Part shown: piece after piece, positions 1 through 9,059 of the stretch
Numbering within the stretch: the stretch's first letter is position 1
Layout of the letters: the number at the start of each line of letters is the position of its first letter
Source: an uncultured Eubacteriales bacterium
GTDB taxonomy: Bacteria; Bacillota; Clostridia; Lachnospirales; Lachnospiraceae
Assembly (NCBI GenBank): GCA_900320615.1
Contig: ONSX01000013.1
Span: forward strand, 6,042 to 70,041
DNA: 64,000 nucleotides
Direction: 5' to 3'
Made by a program: the position numbers and the translations under genes
The notes under the pieces: model-generated
Told to the model about the DNA's origin: nothing
What the model saw: the letters and a program-made list of their open reading frames with translations, nothing else
Database searches by the model: none

Positions 1-404
1 GGATCATGAACCTTACGCTCGGCGATCTGAAGCAGGGCGAGTATCGGTTCCTCACGCGGACGGAAGTTGCGGAGCTGGAGCACGACCTCGAGAAGCCGGA
101 GAAGAGCACGCGGACGGGGATGTATCTCGGGAGCCGCGGTGAAAAACTGCACACTTCCGAGGGCGATCACAGAGGACACGGTGGCCGGCCGCATGTGTCC
201 GGGAATAGGCGCCGCGACAGCAGCCTCGGATCGCGTGAAAAGGGGCATGCATCTTACGGCGCGGGAAAGAGTGTGCACGTCGATCGTGCCGGAAAGAACA
301 AGTCATCTTTCGGGAGCCGGAAGCGTCTTGAAGAAGGCAGAAAGAGAAATGGCAATAACCGGAGAGGCGATTCCTATGGCGGCAGAAGTAACTTCAGAAA
401 ATGA
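1..404 (+). CDS. C-terminal part of an rRNA pseudouridine synthase (RluF/RluB-like), 5'-truncated by the window edge
   Basis: Reads ..IMNLTLGDLKQGEYRFLT..E, the typical C-terminus of the RsuA/RluB/RluF family, followed by a basic R/G/S/K-rich tail. Confidence 0.75.
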   Translation, partial: IMNLTLGDLKQGEYRFLTRTEVAELEHDLEKPEKSTRTGMYLGSRGEKLHTSEGDHRGHGGRPHVSGNRRRDSSLGSREKGHASYGAGKSVHVDRAGKNKSSFGSRKRLEEGRKRNGNNRRGDSYGGRSNFRK

Positions 405-2406
405 ATACAAGGCGCTCGCAGCCAGGATCAGACACTACAACGAGTTATATGAGGCAGCGGTTCCGGAGATCACTGACTATGAATATGACCAGCTGATGCT
501 CCGTCTGAAGGCGGCGGAAAAGGCGCATCCCGAATGGAGAACGCCCGATTCGCCGACACAGAGGGCGGGCGCTCCTGTTAAACGGGAAAACGGCGTCACG
601 GTTGAGCACGACGTGCCGATGCTCTCGATTCAGGATGTCTTCACGAAAGAGGAGGTCCTCGAGTGGGTTCGCGGAGTGCGGGAGCTTCATCCGGACGCGC
701 TCTTCCGCGTTGAGCACAAGATCGACGGACTCTCAATGAGCATCCGTTACGAGAACGGGGAGATGATTCTCGCGGAGACGCGCGGGGATGGCTATATTGG
801 CGAGGATGTTACGGCCAACGCGAGAGTGATTCCGGATGTTGTGCAGAAGCTGAAGGACATCTCATTTCCAATCGAAGTGCGAGGAGAGGTCTACATGAAG
901 CTCGCCGATTTTGACCGGACAAATGAGGAGCAGGAGCTGAACGGAAGGAAGAAATTCGCGAATCCGAGAAACTGCGCGGCGGGAACGCTCCGGCAGCTGA
1001 ACCCGGCAGAGACAAAGAAGCGCGGCCTGTCGATGTTTATTTTCAATGTACAGCGGTCGGAGGATCCGGATTATATTCTATCGCAGGACAGGGGACTCGC
1101 TCTTCTTGCAAGAGAGGGCATGAAGACGGTACCTGGCACGCTGTGCCGGACGGATGATGAAATTGTGAGCGCGATCGACGCGATCGGCGAGTCGAGAGGA
1201 GATCTCGGGTACGACATCGACGGCGCGGTCGTCAAGATCGACCAGATTGCCTACCGAAATGATTTTCCGGCCGGTTCAAAGTACAGCGCGGGCCATATCG
1301 CGTACAAGTACCCGCCCGAGGAGAAGGAGACAGTCATCCGCGATATCGAGGTGTCGATTGGCATGACGGGCCGCGTCAATCCGACAGCCGTCTTTGATCC
1401 GATCCGCCTGTGCGGGACGACGGTGAGCCGCGCGACACTCCACAACCAGGACTTTATCGATGAACTCGGCATCGGAATCGGCGACACAGTCGTCGTCTAT
1501 AAATCTGGCGAGATCATCCCGAAAATCAAGCGCGCTGTACACGAAAAACGGCCGGCCGGCGTTCGGAATTTTCGTCTTCCGGATCGCTGTCCGGTCTGCG
1601 GGGCCCCGATCGTCCGGGAGGAAGGCGCCGCCGATATGCGCTGCGTCAATCCGTCATGTCCGGCCCAGCTCGTGCGCCACGTGATCAATTTCGTCGGGCG
1701 GGACGCCATGGACATCAAGGGCTTCGGAGAAGAGATCGCAAAGAAACTTACGGACAAGGGCTACATAAGAAACGTGGGGGATATTTACTCACTGAAGGAT
1801 GTACGGCAGGAGCTGATCGACGGGCGCCTCACGGGCAGGGAAAAAAATACAGACAAGCTGCTCGCCGCGATCGAGGCGTCGAAGCAGAACGAGCCGTACC
1901 GGCTGCTCACAGGCCTTGCCGTCCCGAACGTGGGACGGACATCCGCGAAGACACTGCTCGACCACTTCGGCTCGATGGATGCACTGGAACATGCAGGTGT
2001 CGAGGAACTCACAGCGGTGCCGGATATCGGCGAGGTAACGGCGCGGGCCATCTGCAACTATTTCCGTGAGGACGCCAACAGGGAGCTTCTTGAGAGGCTG
2101 AAAAAGGCCGGCCTCCGCATGGAGGAGAGTGCACAGGAGACCTCTGATGAACTCGCCGGGATGACCTACGTGATCACCGGGGACGTCTCTCATTTCAGGA
2201 ACAGACATGAGCTGAAGGAGTTCATCGCAAGCCGCGGTGGAAAGGTCACGGGAAGCGTATCAAAGAAGACGACGGCGCTGATCAACAATGACATCGCGTC
2301 GGTTTCCGGAAAGAACCGGAAAGCAAAGGAACTCGGAATCCCGATCATCAGCGAGGAGGAATTTCTTGCATCACTCGGGACGGACGGGACGAAGAATGCG
2401 CGCTGA
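376..2406 (+). CDS. ligA: NAD-dependent DNA ligase
   Basis: KIDG adenylation motif, NPRNCAAGTLRQL, C-x2-C zinc finger, HhH repeats, C-terminal BRCT (GGKVTGSVSKKT); GGAGAGG RBS before ATG 376. Confidence 0.97.
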   Translation: MAAEVTSENEYKALAARIRHYNELYEAAVPEITDYEYDQLMLRLKAAEKAHPEWRTPDSPTQRAGAPVKRENGVTVEHDVPMLSIQDVFTKEEVLEWVRGVRELHPDALFRVEHKIDGLSMSIRYENGEMILAETRGDGYIGEDVTANARVIPDVVQKLKDISFPIEVRGEVYMKLADFDRTNEEQELNGRKKFANPRNCAAGTLRQLNPAETKKRGLSMFIFNVQRSEDPDYILSQDRGLALLAREGMKTVPGTLCRTDDEIVSAIDAIGESRGDLGYDIDGAVVKIDQIAYRNDFPAGSKYSAGHIAYKYPPEEKETVIRDIEVSIGMTGRVNPTAVFDPIRLCGTTVSRATLHNQDFIDELGIGIGDTVVVYKSGEIIPKIKRAVHEKRPAGVRNFRLPDRCPVCGAPIVREEGAADMRCVNPSCPAQLVRHVINFVGRDAMDIKGFGEEIAKKLTDKGYIRNVGDIYSLKDVRQELIDGRLTGREKNTDKLLAAIEASKQNEPYRLLTGLAVPNVGRTSAKTLLDHFGSMDALEHAGVEELTAVPDIGEVTARAICNYFREDANRELLERLKKAGLRMEESAQETSDELAGMTYVITGDVSHFRNRHELKEFIASRGGKVTGSVSKKTTALINNDIASVSGKNRKAKELGIPIISEEEFLASLGTDGTKNAR

Positions 2407-2418
2407 TAGGAGAACAAT

Positions 2419-3369
2419 ATGCCTGTAAAGATACCAGACAATATTCCAGTCAGGGAGATTCTCGAGAGGGAGAATATCTTTGTCATGGACGAGAGCCGGG
2501 CCGTGCACCAGGATATCCGGCCGATTCAGATCTGTATTCTCAATCTGATGCCGCTTAAGGAGGACACGGAACTGCAGATTCTGCGCGAGCTGTCCAACAC
2601 GCCGTTGCAGATTGACGTGACATTCATGCGCATGTCGACGCACAAGTCGAAGCACACATCAAAGAGTCATCTCGACTCGTTCTACGAGCCGTTCGACGAT
2701 CTGCGCGGCCGCTATTTTGACGGCATGATCATCACGGGCGCGCCTGTCGAACTGCTCCCGTTCGAACAGGTCGACTACTGGAATGAGCTGGAGGGCGTCT
2801 TCTCGTGGTGCAATACACATGTGACATCGACATTATTTCTGTGCTGGGGAGCGCAGGCAGCGATGTACCACTACTACGGCTTTGAGAAACATCTTCTTCA
2901 TGAGAAGCTCTTCGGAATTTTCTACCACAAGGTCTACAACCGGAAGGTTCCGCTTCTCCGCGGCTTTGACGATGTCTTCTATATGCCGCACTCACGCTAC
3001 ACGGAGGTTGCGGCGCGCGACATCATCCGCTGCGAAGATATTACGATACTCGCCCAGTCGGACGAGGCGGGCGTCGCACTGTGCATGGCGGAGAACGGAA
3101 GGAAGATCTTTGTGATGGGCCATCCGGAGTACGACCGCATGCAGCTCAGAAGAGAATACGAGAGGGACAGGCGCAAGGGACTCGATACGGCGCTCCCGAA
3201 ACACTATTTTCCGAATGATGACCCGGGGAAACGGCCGGTTCTCACCTGGAGGTCGGTCGCGAACAATCTCTACACGAACTGGCTGAACTACTATGTCTAC
3301 CAGTCGACGCCCTTCAATCTCGACGGAACGCCGTGGGGGGATGAGCTCCCGGACACATACAGGTCGTGA
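2419..3369 (+). CDS. metA: Homoserine O-acyltransferase (MetA family, probably acetyl-CoA specific)
   Basis: ILNLMP, ITGAPVE, LCWGAQA (catalytic Cys), GHPEY, NWLNYYVYQ. Confidence 0.96.
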   Translation: MPVKIPDNIPVREILERENIFVMDESRAVHQDIRPIQICILNLMPLKEDTELQILRELSNTPLQIDVTFMRMSTHKSKHTSKSHLDSFYEPFDDLRGRYFDGMIITGAPVELLPFEQVDYWNELEGVFSWCNTHVTSTLFLCWGAQAAMYHYYGFEKHLLHEKLFGIFYHKVYNRKVPLLRGFDDVFYMPHSRYTEVAARDIIRCEDITILAQSDEAGVALCMAENGRKIFVMGHPEYDRMQLRREYERDRRKGLDTALPKHYFPNDDPGKRPVLTWRSVANNLYTNWLNYYVYQSTPFNLDGTPWGDELPDTYRS

Positions 3370-3406
3370 ACATTCAGAACGAAACGTATAAGTGAGAGGA
3401 GGCAGC

Positions 3407-4576
3407 ATGCCGGCTTCATCGGTATTGATTAAATTCATAGGCAGCTCTCCGGTCAGCAATGTCATCGGAGGTATCGCAACGGCCCCGGAACTTCTGATTT
3501 TTGTCGGTTACGGACACTTTCTTACGGACAGGCAGAGGATGCAGTACAACCGGTTCTTCAGCCGACGGAACCTCGTGACGGCCGTCGCGGAGGCGGTTGA
3601 GCTGACGCCCGGCGATGAGCCGGGAATGGAAAAGAAGCTCATGACGCTGCTGGACCGCCACATCGTCTTAAAGCCTGTAATCGATATCACGGACGCGGAT
3701 CACACGGAGGCATTTGCGCTCGGCGCGGTGATGAACAACAAGCTGTTCGAGAATATTCCGCTCATGGACTTCAGCATTGAAAAGAGGCGCTTCTTGCCAC
3801 AGAAAAATGCGGATCGGCTTCGGCATCTGCCATTTCCGTCTCTGACATATGCGGAAATCCGGTTTCTGAACTTCGGAACGGATTTTCAGATTCCGCCGGA
3901 GGATGGGAGGCGGGTCTGGAAACGAAAGGACCTGACGCGGCCGACCGTCCGGGCAATCCGGACGCTGTACTCATTTTTCGGAGAAAGGCCGGATTTCTGG
4001 ACTGGGGTCTCCGACAGCATGCGGCTTATGTTTGTCTCTGAATCGGGCCGGAGCGGAGAGACCGCAGAGTCTGCGGAGAAGATCTCTTATGTGTTCGATG
4101 AGAAAGAATTCTCTATTCCGGGCGATGCGCTCGAGGATCTCAACCAGAGCGGCCTGATCACGGCACTCTCAAAGCGAAACGGGGTCGTGAGCGTGACCTT
4201 TGCCGCGCCGTCTGTTATACGTCTTCTTCTTGACATCAGGAGGATCGGCATCTATGTCGCCTTCCTTGCGATGGCCTATATCAGAAACGCGCGCCGTACA
4301 GCCGCCTATCACGACCTGATGCTGATGGACGGAAGATATGCGGTGGGGATCACCGGCTGCCTTCCGGTTATCGTCTCCTGCTTCGGCGGAGGCGCTGACG
4401 GCGCAGATCTCTTTTCGGCGTATGAGGATATGCGGGACATCTTTCCGGCCCCGTGTCGCAGAATTGCGGTCTTCTCGGGCGGAAAGATACCGGAGGGCGC
4501 CGCGCGTGCGGCGGAAATGCTGAATATGGAGACGTGTCCGCTCGCGGAGCTCTCCGATAAACTAGAACTGAGGTAA
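3407..4576 (+). CDS. Degenerate DUF1887/Card1(Can2)-like CARF-domain protein
   Basis: GGAGG RBS before ATG 3407; N-terminal VLIKFIGSSPVSNVIG..APELLIFVG and VIDITDA..AFALG resemble a CARF fold; C-terminal G.LPVIVSCFGG..LF..RA.EMLNM resembles the Card1 nuclease tail. Recognised by eye. Confidence 0.6.
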   Translation: MPASSVLIKFIGSSPVSNVIGGIATAPELLIFVGYGHFLTDRQRMQYNRFFSRRNLVTAVAEAVELTPGDEPGMEKKLMTLLDRHIVLKPVIDITDADHTEAFALGAVMNNKLFENIPLMDFSIEKRRFLPQKNADRLRHLPFPSLTYAEIRFLNFGTDFQIPPEDGRRVWKRKDLTRPTVRAIRTLYSFFGERPDFWTGVSDSMRLMFVSESGRSGETAESAEKISYVFDEKEFSIPGDALEDLNQSGLITALSKRNGVVSVTFAAPSVIRLLLDIRRIGIYVAFLAMAYIRNARRTAAYHDLMLMDGRYAVGITGCLPVIVSCFGGGADGADLFSAYEDMRDIFPAPCRRIAVFSGGKIPEGAARAAEMLNMETCPLAELSDKLELR

Positions 4577-4581
4577 TTGCT

Positions 4582-6351
4582 ATGAAAACAACGATTGAAA
4601 TCATGTCGGAGCAGTTGGGCTCCGCATTTGCCGAGGCGGGTTATGACAAAGAGCTCGGCAGAGTCCGCGTATCGGACAGACCGGATCTCGCTGAATATCA
4701 GTGCAACGGCGCAATGGCTGGCGCCAGACTCTGCCACAAGGCACCGTTTCTTATCGCGGAGGATGTCGCGGCAGTCTGTGAGAAACACAGCGAGTTCGTC
4801 TTCACAGCCGCCGTCATGAAGCCGGGATTCATCAACCTCCGTGTGAAAAATGAGTTTCTCGCGGACTATCTGAAAATGATCGCGGCCGATCCGCATCTGT
4901 CGATTCCGCAGGAGGATAAGCCGAAAAAGATCATCGTCGATTACGGCGGACCGAATGTCGCAAAGCCGCTCCATGTCGGCCACCTGCGCAGCGCGGTTAT
5001 CGGAGAGAGCATCAAGCGAATCTGCCGCGCGACAGGAAATGAGGTGCTCGGCGATGTCCATCTCGGGGACTGGGGACTTCAGATGGGTCTCATCATCACG
5101 GAGCTGAGACATGAGCAGCCGAATCTCCCGTATTTTGACGAGAATGCAGAAAGTTTTCCGGAGGAGGCTCCGTTCACGATCTCTGAGCTTGAGAAGATCT
5201 ACCCGACAGCGTCCGCAAAATCCAAGAAGGATGAGGCGTACCGGGCAGAGGCACTCGAGGCGACGAAGGAGCTGCAGCTTGGCCGGAAGGGCTACATGGC
5301 TCTCTGGAGACAGATCATGAAGATCTCGGTCGCGGACTTAAAGCGCAACTATGAGCGGCTCGACGTTCATTTTGATCTCTGGAAGGCGGAGTCTGACGCA
5401 CAGCCGATCATCCCGTGGATGATTGACGACCTGAAGAAGCGCGGCATCGCGCACGAGGATCAGGGCGCTCTCATTGTGGACGTCACGGAGCCGACGGACA
5501 AGAAGGAGGTGCCGCCATGCCTCATCCAGAAGTCGGATGGCTCTTCGCTCTATGCGACGACGGACCTCGCGACGGTTGTCGACCGGATGCGCAATTTCCA
5601 TCCGGACGCGATGATTTACCTCGCGGACAAACGGCAGGCACTCCACTACACACAATTCTTCCGCGTATCGAGAATCGCCGGCTATGTCGATAAGGACACC
5701 GAGCTCGACTACATCGGCTTCGGTACAATGAACGGCAAGGACGGCAAGCCGTTCAAGACGAGAGAGGGCGGCGTCATGCGCCTCGAGATCCTTCTCGACG
5801 ATATTGAGACCGAGATGAAGAAGAAGATCATGGATAACCGGAATGTCCGCAGCGAGGACGCGGATGAGACAGCGAAGATCGTCTCGCTGGCGGCCGTCAA
5901 GTACGGAGATCTCTCGAATCAGGCGTCCAAGGATTATGTATTTGATGTAGATAAATTTACGTCCTTCGAGGGCAATACGGGCCCGTATATTCTGTACACG
6001 ATAGTCCGCATCAAGTCGATCCTCGCGAAGGCGTCGGAGGAAGACCGCGCGGCTGCGGAAGAATGCGCCCTTCTGCCTGCGGACGGAGAGGCCGGCAAGG
6101 CTCTGATGCTTGATATCTCCGGATTCGGCGCCGCGATCCATGACGCGAGACGGGAGCTTGCACCGCATAAGATCTGTGCGTATATTTATCAGCTCTCGAA
6201 TGATTTTAACCGTGCTTACCATGAGACGAAGATTCTTGCGGAGAAAAATGATGCGAAGCGCAGAAGCTACCTGTCTCTGCTTCGTCTCACGGAGAGAGTT
6301 CTTGAGACCAGCATTGATCTTCTGGGGTTCTCCGCGCCGGATCACATGTAA
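4582..6351 (+). CDS. argS: Arginine--tRNA ligase
   Basis: PNVAKPLHVGHLRS (HIGH), GDWGLQMG, KPFKTREG, FEGNTGPY. Confidence 0.97.
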   Translation: MKTTIEIMSEQLGSAFAEAGYDKELGRVRVSDRPDLAEYQCNGAMAGARLCHKAPFLIAEDVAAVCEKHSEFVFTAAVMKPGFINLRVKNEFLADYLKMIAADPHLSIPQEDKPKKIIVDYGGPNVAKPLHVGHLRSAVIGESIKRICRATGNEVLGDVHLGDWGLQMGLIITELRHEQPNLPYFDENAESFPEEAPFTISELEKIYPTASAKSKKDEAYRAEALEATKELQLGRKGYMALWRQIMKISVADLKRNYERLDVHFDLWKAESDAQPIIPWMIDDLKKRGIAHEDQGALIVDVTEPTDKKEVPPCLIQKSDGSSLYATTDLATVVDRMRNFHPDAMIYLADKRQALHYTQFFRVSRIAGYVDKDTELDYIGFGTMNGKDGKPFKTREGGVMRLEILLDDIETEMKKKIMDNRNVRSEDADETAKIVSLAAVKYGDLSNQASKDYVFDVDKFTSFEGNTGPYILYTIVRIKSILAKASEEDRAAAEECALLPADGEAGKALMLDISGFGAAIHDARRELAPHKICAYIYQLSNDFNRAYHETKILAEKNDAKRRSYLSLLRLTERVLETSIDLLGFSAPDHM

Positions 6352-6369
6352 GGAGGGACGCATATCGGA

Positions 6370-7929
6370 ATGTGGAATACAGTCTTACTGGATCTCGACG
6401 GAACACTGACGGCTTCCGGAGAGGGCATCACGAAGTGCGTGCAGTATGCGATGAAGAAGGGATGGAACCGGGATATTGCCTTAAGTGACCTCGCTTGTTT
6501 CGTCGGTCCCCCGCTCAAGGAATCGTTCATGCGCTTTGAGGGACTCTCGGACGAGGAGGCTGGCCGTGCTGTCGCACTCTACCGTGAGCGCTATGAGGAG
6601 ACGGGCATCTATGAAAACAGTCTTTACGGAGGCATCCGTGAGCTTCTTGAGGAGCTTGACAGGCGCCATTTTACACTGGCGCTCGCTTCCTCGAAGCCGA
6701 CTGTTTACTGCCGCCGGATTCTTCAGTATTTCGGGATTGATCAGTATTTTACGGCTGTCTTCGGTTCGGAAATGAACGGCGAGCGCACGGAGAAGGCCGA
6801 AGTCATCGGGGAGGCGATCTCCGTCCTTGGCATGCAGGATCTGCGCTCCGAGGTCGTGATGATCGGCGACCGGTACTACGACATCGAGGGGGCAAGAGAG
6901 AACGGGATCGCCTCGATCGGTGTGACATACGGCTACGGAAGCCAAAGAGAACTCGAGGAGGCGCGGCCGGAGTGCATCGTTGACTCCCCGCTGGAGCTTC
7001 GGAATGTCCTTGTCGGACAGGCGCTCGCGGAGAGCGGGGGACGCCATGAGGAGGGCGGAAGAAGGGAACGTGACCCGCGAAAGGTGGGCTTTTTTATTCC
7101 GCCGGACGGCTCTGTTCCGTTCCGCATCTGGAGGACGGTCTATCCGCTTCTGCTCGCAGTCGTTGGTCTCAACGGGATCGGTTTCCTCTTTACGGTGGTT
7201 CTTGAGGTCATCTGGAGCGTGACGGGATCGGCGGCGATTGCGGATCTTCTGCATTCGGACAGCATAACGGTCATCATGACGGGCATCGCGGATGCGGCTC
7301 TCATTCCTGTTGCCTGGCTGTTTTTCAAGGCGGATGAGAGGACGAGAAGCGCGTATATTCCGAAGATAAGGATTCCGGAGAAATGCAGATGCGGCGCGAA
7401 GGAAATCGCAATGGTCATTGTCTTTACGCTCGGAACGGCGACGCTCCTCAATCTGCTGACGAGCGTTCTCATCCCGTTTGAGGACAGCGCCTATGAGGCG
7501 GTCAATGAAGCGCTCGCCGCGCCAAATCTCGCTGTCCAGATTGTCGTGGTCGGTATCATCGGTCCGATCTGTGAGGAGTTCATTTACAGGGGGCTCATTT
7601 ACAGGAGAATCAGGGATTACCTCGGCGTGTACTGGGGGGCTGTCCTGAGCGGCGTGCTCTTCGGGATTTCGCATGGGAACCTGACGCAGGGCGTGTTCAC
7701 GGCGCTTTTTGGCATCGTGCTCGCGCTGATCTATGAGCACTATGGCTCTATGAAGGCCAATATTGCGGCCCATATCGCAAACAATGTCTATGCCTGTGCT
7801 GCGCCGTATATCCCGCTTATTAATCGCAACGAGTATATGGCAGCTGCGTGGGCGCTGCTGCTCCTGACGCTCGGCGCACTCGCCTGCGCCCGCATCTTCC
7901 GAAAGGAAGGCCGTGCGAATGTGGTGTGA
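6370..7929 (+). CDS. Fusion of a HAD-family phosphatase and a CPBP (Abi/CAAX) intramembrane metalloprotease
   Basis: N-terminal DLDGT, SSK and MIGDR.YD HAD motifs; C-terminal multi-TM domain with EEFIYRG, FGISH and HIANN. Confidence 0.85.
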   Translation: MWNTVLLDLDGTLTASGEGITKCVQYAMKKGWNRDIALSDLACFVGPPLKESFMRFEGLSDEEAGRAVALYRERYEETGIYENSLYGGIRELLEELDRRHFTLALASSKPTVYCRRILQYFGIDQYFTAVFGSEMNGERTEKAEVIGEAISVLGMQDLRSEVVMIGDRYYDIEGARENGIASIGVTYGYGSQRELEEARPECIVDSPLELRNVLVGQALAESGGRHEEGGRRERDPRKVGFFIPPDGSVPFRIWRTVYPLLLAVVGLNGIGFLFTVVLEVIWSVTGSAAIADLLHSDSITVIMTGIADAALIPVAWLFFKADERTRSAYIPKIRIPEKCRCGAKEIAMVIVFTLGTATLLNLLTSVLIPFEDSAYEAVNEALAAPNLAVQIVVVGIIGPICEEFIYRGLIYRRIRDYLGVYWGAVLSGVLFGISHGNLTQGVFTALFGIVLALIYEHYGSMKANIAAHIANNVYACAAPYIPLINRNEYMAAAWALLLLTLGALACARIFRKEGRANVV

Positions 7930-7986
7930 TTCCATCGCCTATGATGTCGCTTGCACGAGAAACTGCGAGTAATATCCGGAACGGCC

Positions 7987-8016
7987 TTGACGGATAGGAG
8001 ACCTGCGTGATAAACT
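7987..8016 (+). promoter_or_regulatory. SigA-type promoter of rpsB-tsf
   Basis: TTGACG-18 bp-TAAACT with a TG extension. Confidence 0.6.
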
Positions 8017-8055
8017 AAATAAGTACGTGGGCATATCTGCGCACGAAACAGTAAT

Positions 8056-8112
8056 CACATATGCGGATTCCGGCCGTGGTGCCTTCGGGTTGGCCGGAGG
8101 GAAACATATGGC
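8056..8112 (+). promoter_or_regulatory. rpsB (S2) 5' leader RNA structure, probable autoregulatory element
   Basis: CATATG/CATATG outer stem and TCCGGCC/GGCCGGA inner stem around GGTGCC, as in rpsB leaders. Confidence 0.6.
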
Positions 8113-8144
8113 AGACATTAACCATTTTTTAAAGGAGAAACAAA

Positions 8145-8912
8145 ATGAGTGTTATTTCCATGAAACAGCTGCTCGAGGCAGGCGTCCATTTCGGTCATCA
8201 GACAAAGCGTTGGAACCCGAAGATGAAGCCGTACATCTACACAGAGCGCAACGGCATCTACATCATTGATCTTCAGAAGACAGTCGGTATGATCGACGAT
8301 GCTTACAATGCTGTCGGCGATATCGTCGCGAACGGCGGAAAGATTCTCTTCGTCGGCACGAAGAAGCAGGCGCAGGACGCGATCAAGACAGAGGCTGAGA
8401 GATGCGGCATGTACTATGTCAACGAGAGATGGCTCGGCGGCGAGCTTACAAACTTCCGCACGATTCAGACTCGTATCAAGCGCATGAAGGACATCGAGCA
8501 GATGGCTGAGGATGGCACATTTGATGTTCTTCCGAAGAAGGAAGTCATCAATCTGAAGAAGGAGCATGAGAAGCTCGAGAAGAACCTCGGTGGTATCCGC
8601 GAGATGAAGAAGCTCCCGGACGCAATCTTCGTCGTCGATCCGAAGAAGGAGAGAATCTGTGTACAGGAGGCTCACGCTCTGAACATTCCGCTCATCGGTA
8701 TCTGCGATACGAACTGCGATCCGGAGGAGCTCACATACGTTATCCCGGGCAACGACGACGCGATTCGCGCTGTCAAGCTGATTGTCGGCAAGATGGCGGA
8801 CGCTGTCATCGAGGCAAATCAGGGCGCTACGGATGCTGATGATGTTCCGGCAGAAGGCTACACAGCTTATCCGGATGAGGAGTCCGAGAAAGCAGCGGCT
8901 GAGCAGCAGTAA
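8145..8912 (+). CDS. rpsB: 30S ribosomal protein S2
   Basis: [29 protein letters not shown]. Confidence 0.99.
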   Translation: MSVISMKQLLEAGVHFGHQTKRWNPKMKPYIYTERNGIYIIDLQKTVGMIDDAYNAVGDIVANGGKILFVGTKKQAQDAIKTEAERCGMYYVNERWLGGELTNFRTIQTRIKRMKDIEQMAEDGTFDVLPKKEVINLKKEHEKLEKNLGGIREMKKLPDAIFVVDPKKERICVQEAHALNIPLIGICDTNCDPEELTYVIPGNDDAIRAVKLIVGKMADAVIEANQGATDADDVPAEGYTAYPDEESEKAAAEQQ

Positions 8913-9059
8913 AACAAAGTTTCTGGATACCCCGGATTTCGGTTCGGAGCAACAGAAACCTGTGAAGGAACCGCTCATGCGCGGCGGGGAGACCTGCCGC
9001 GCATTCTTTATCAGGTGAAATTTCATTTTCTAACTTTTTCTAACATGGAGGAAAACAAG

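Noticed and set aside
67-375. 103-aa N-terminal extension of LigA in the ORF track
   Set aside because: It overlaps the upstream pseudouridine synthase frame; the RBS and homology support ATG 376.
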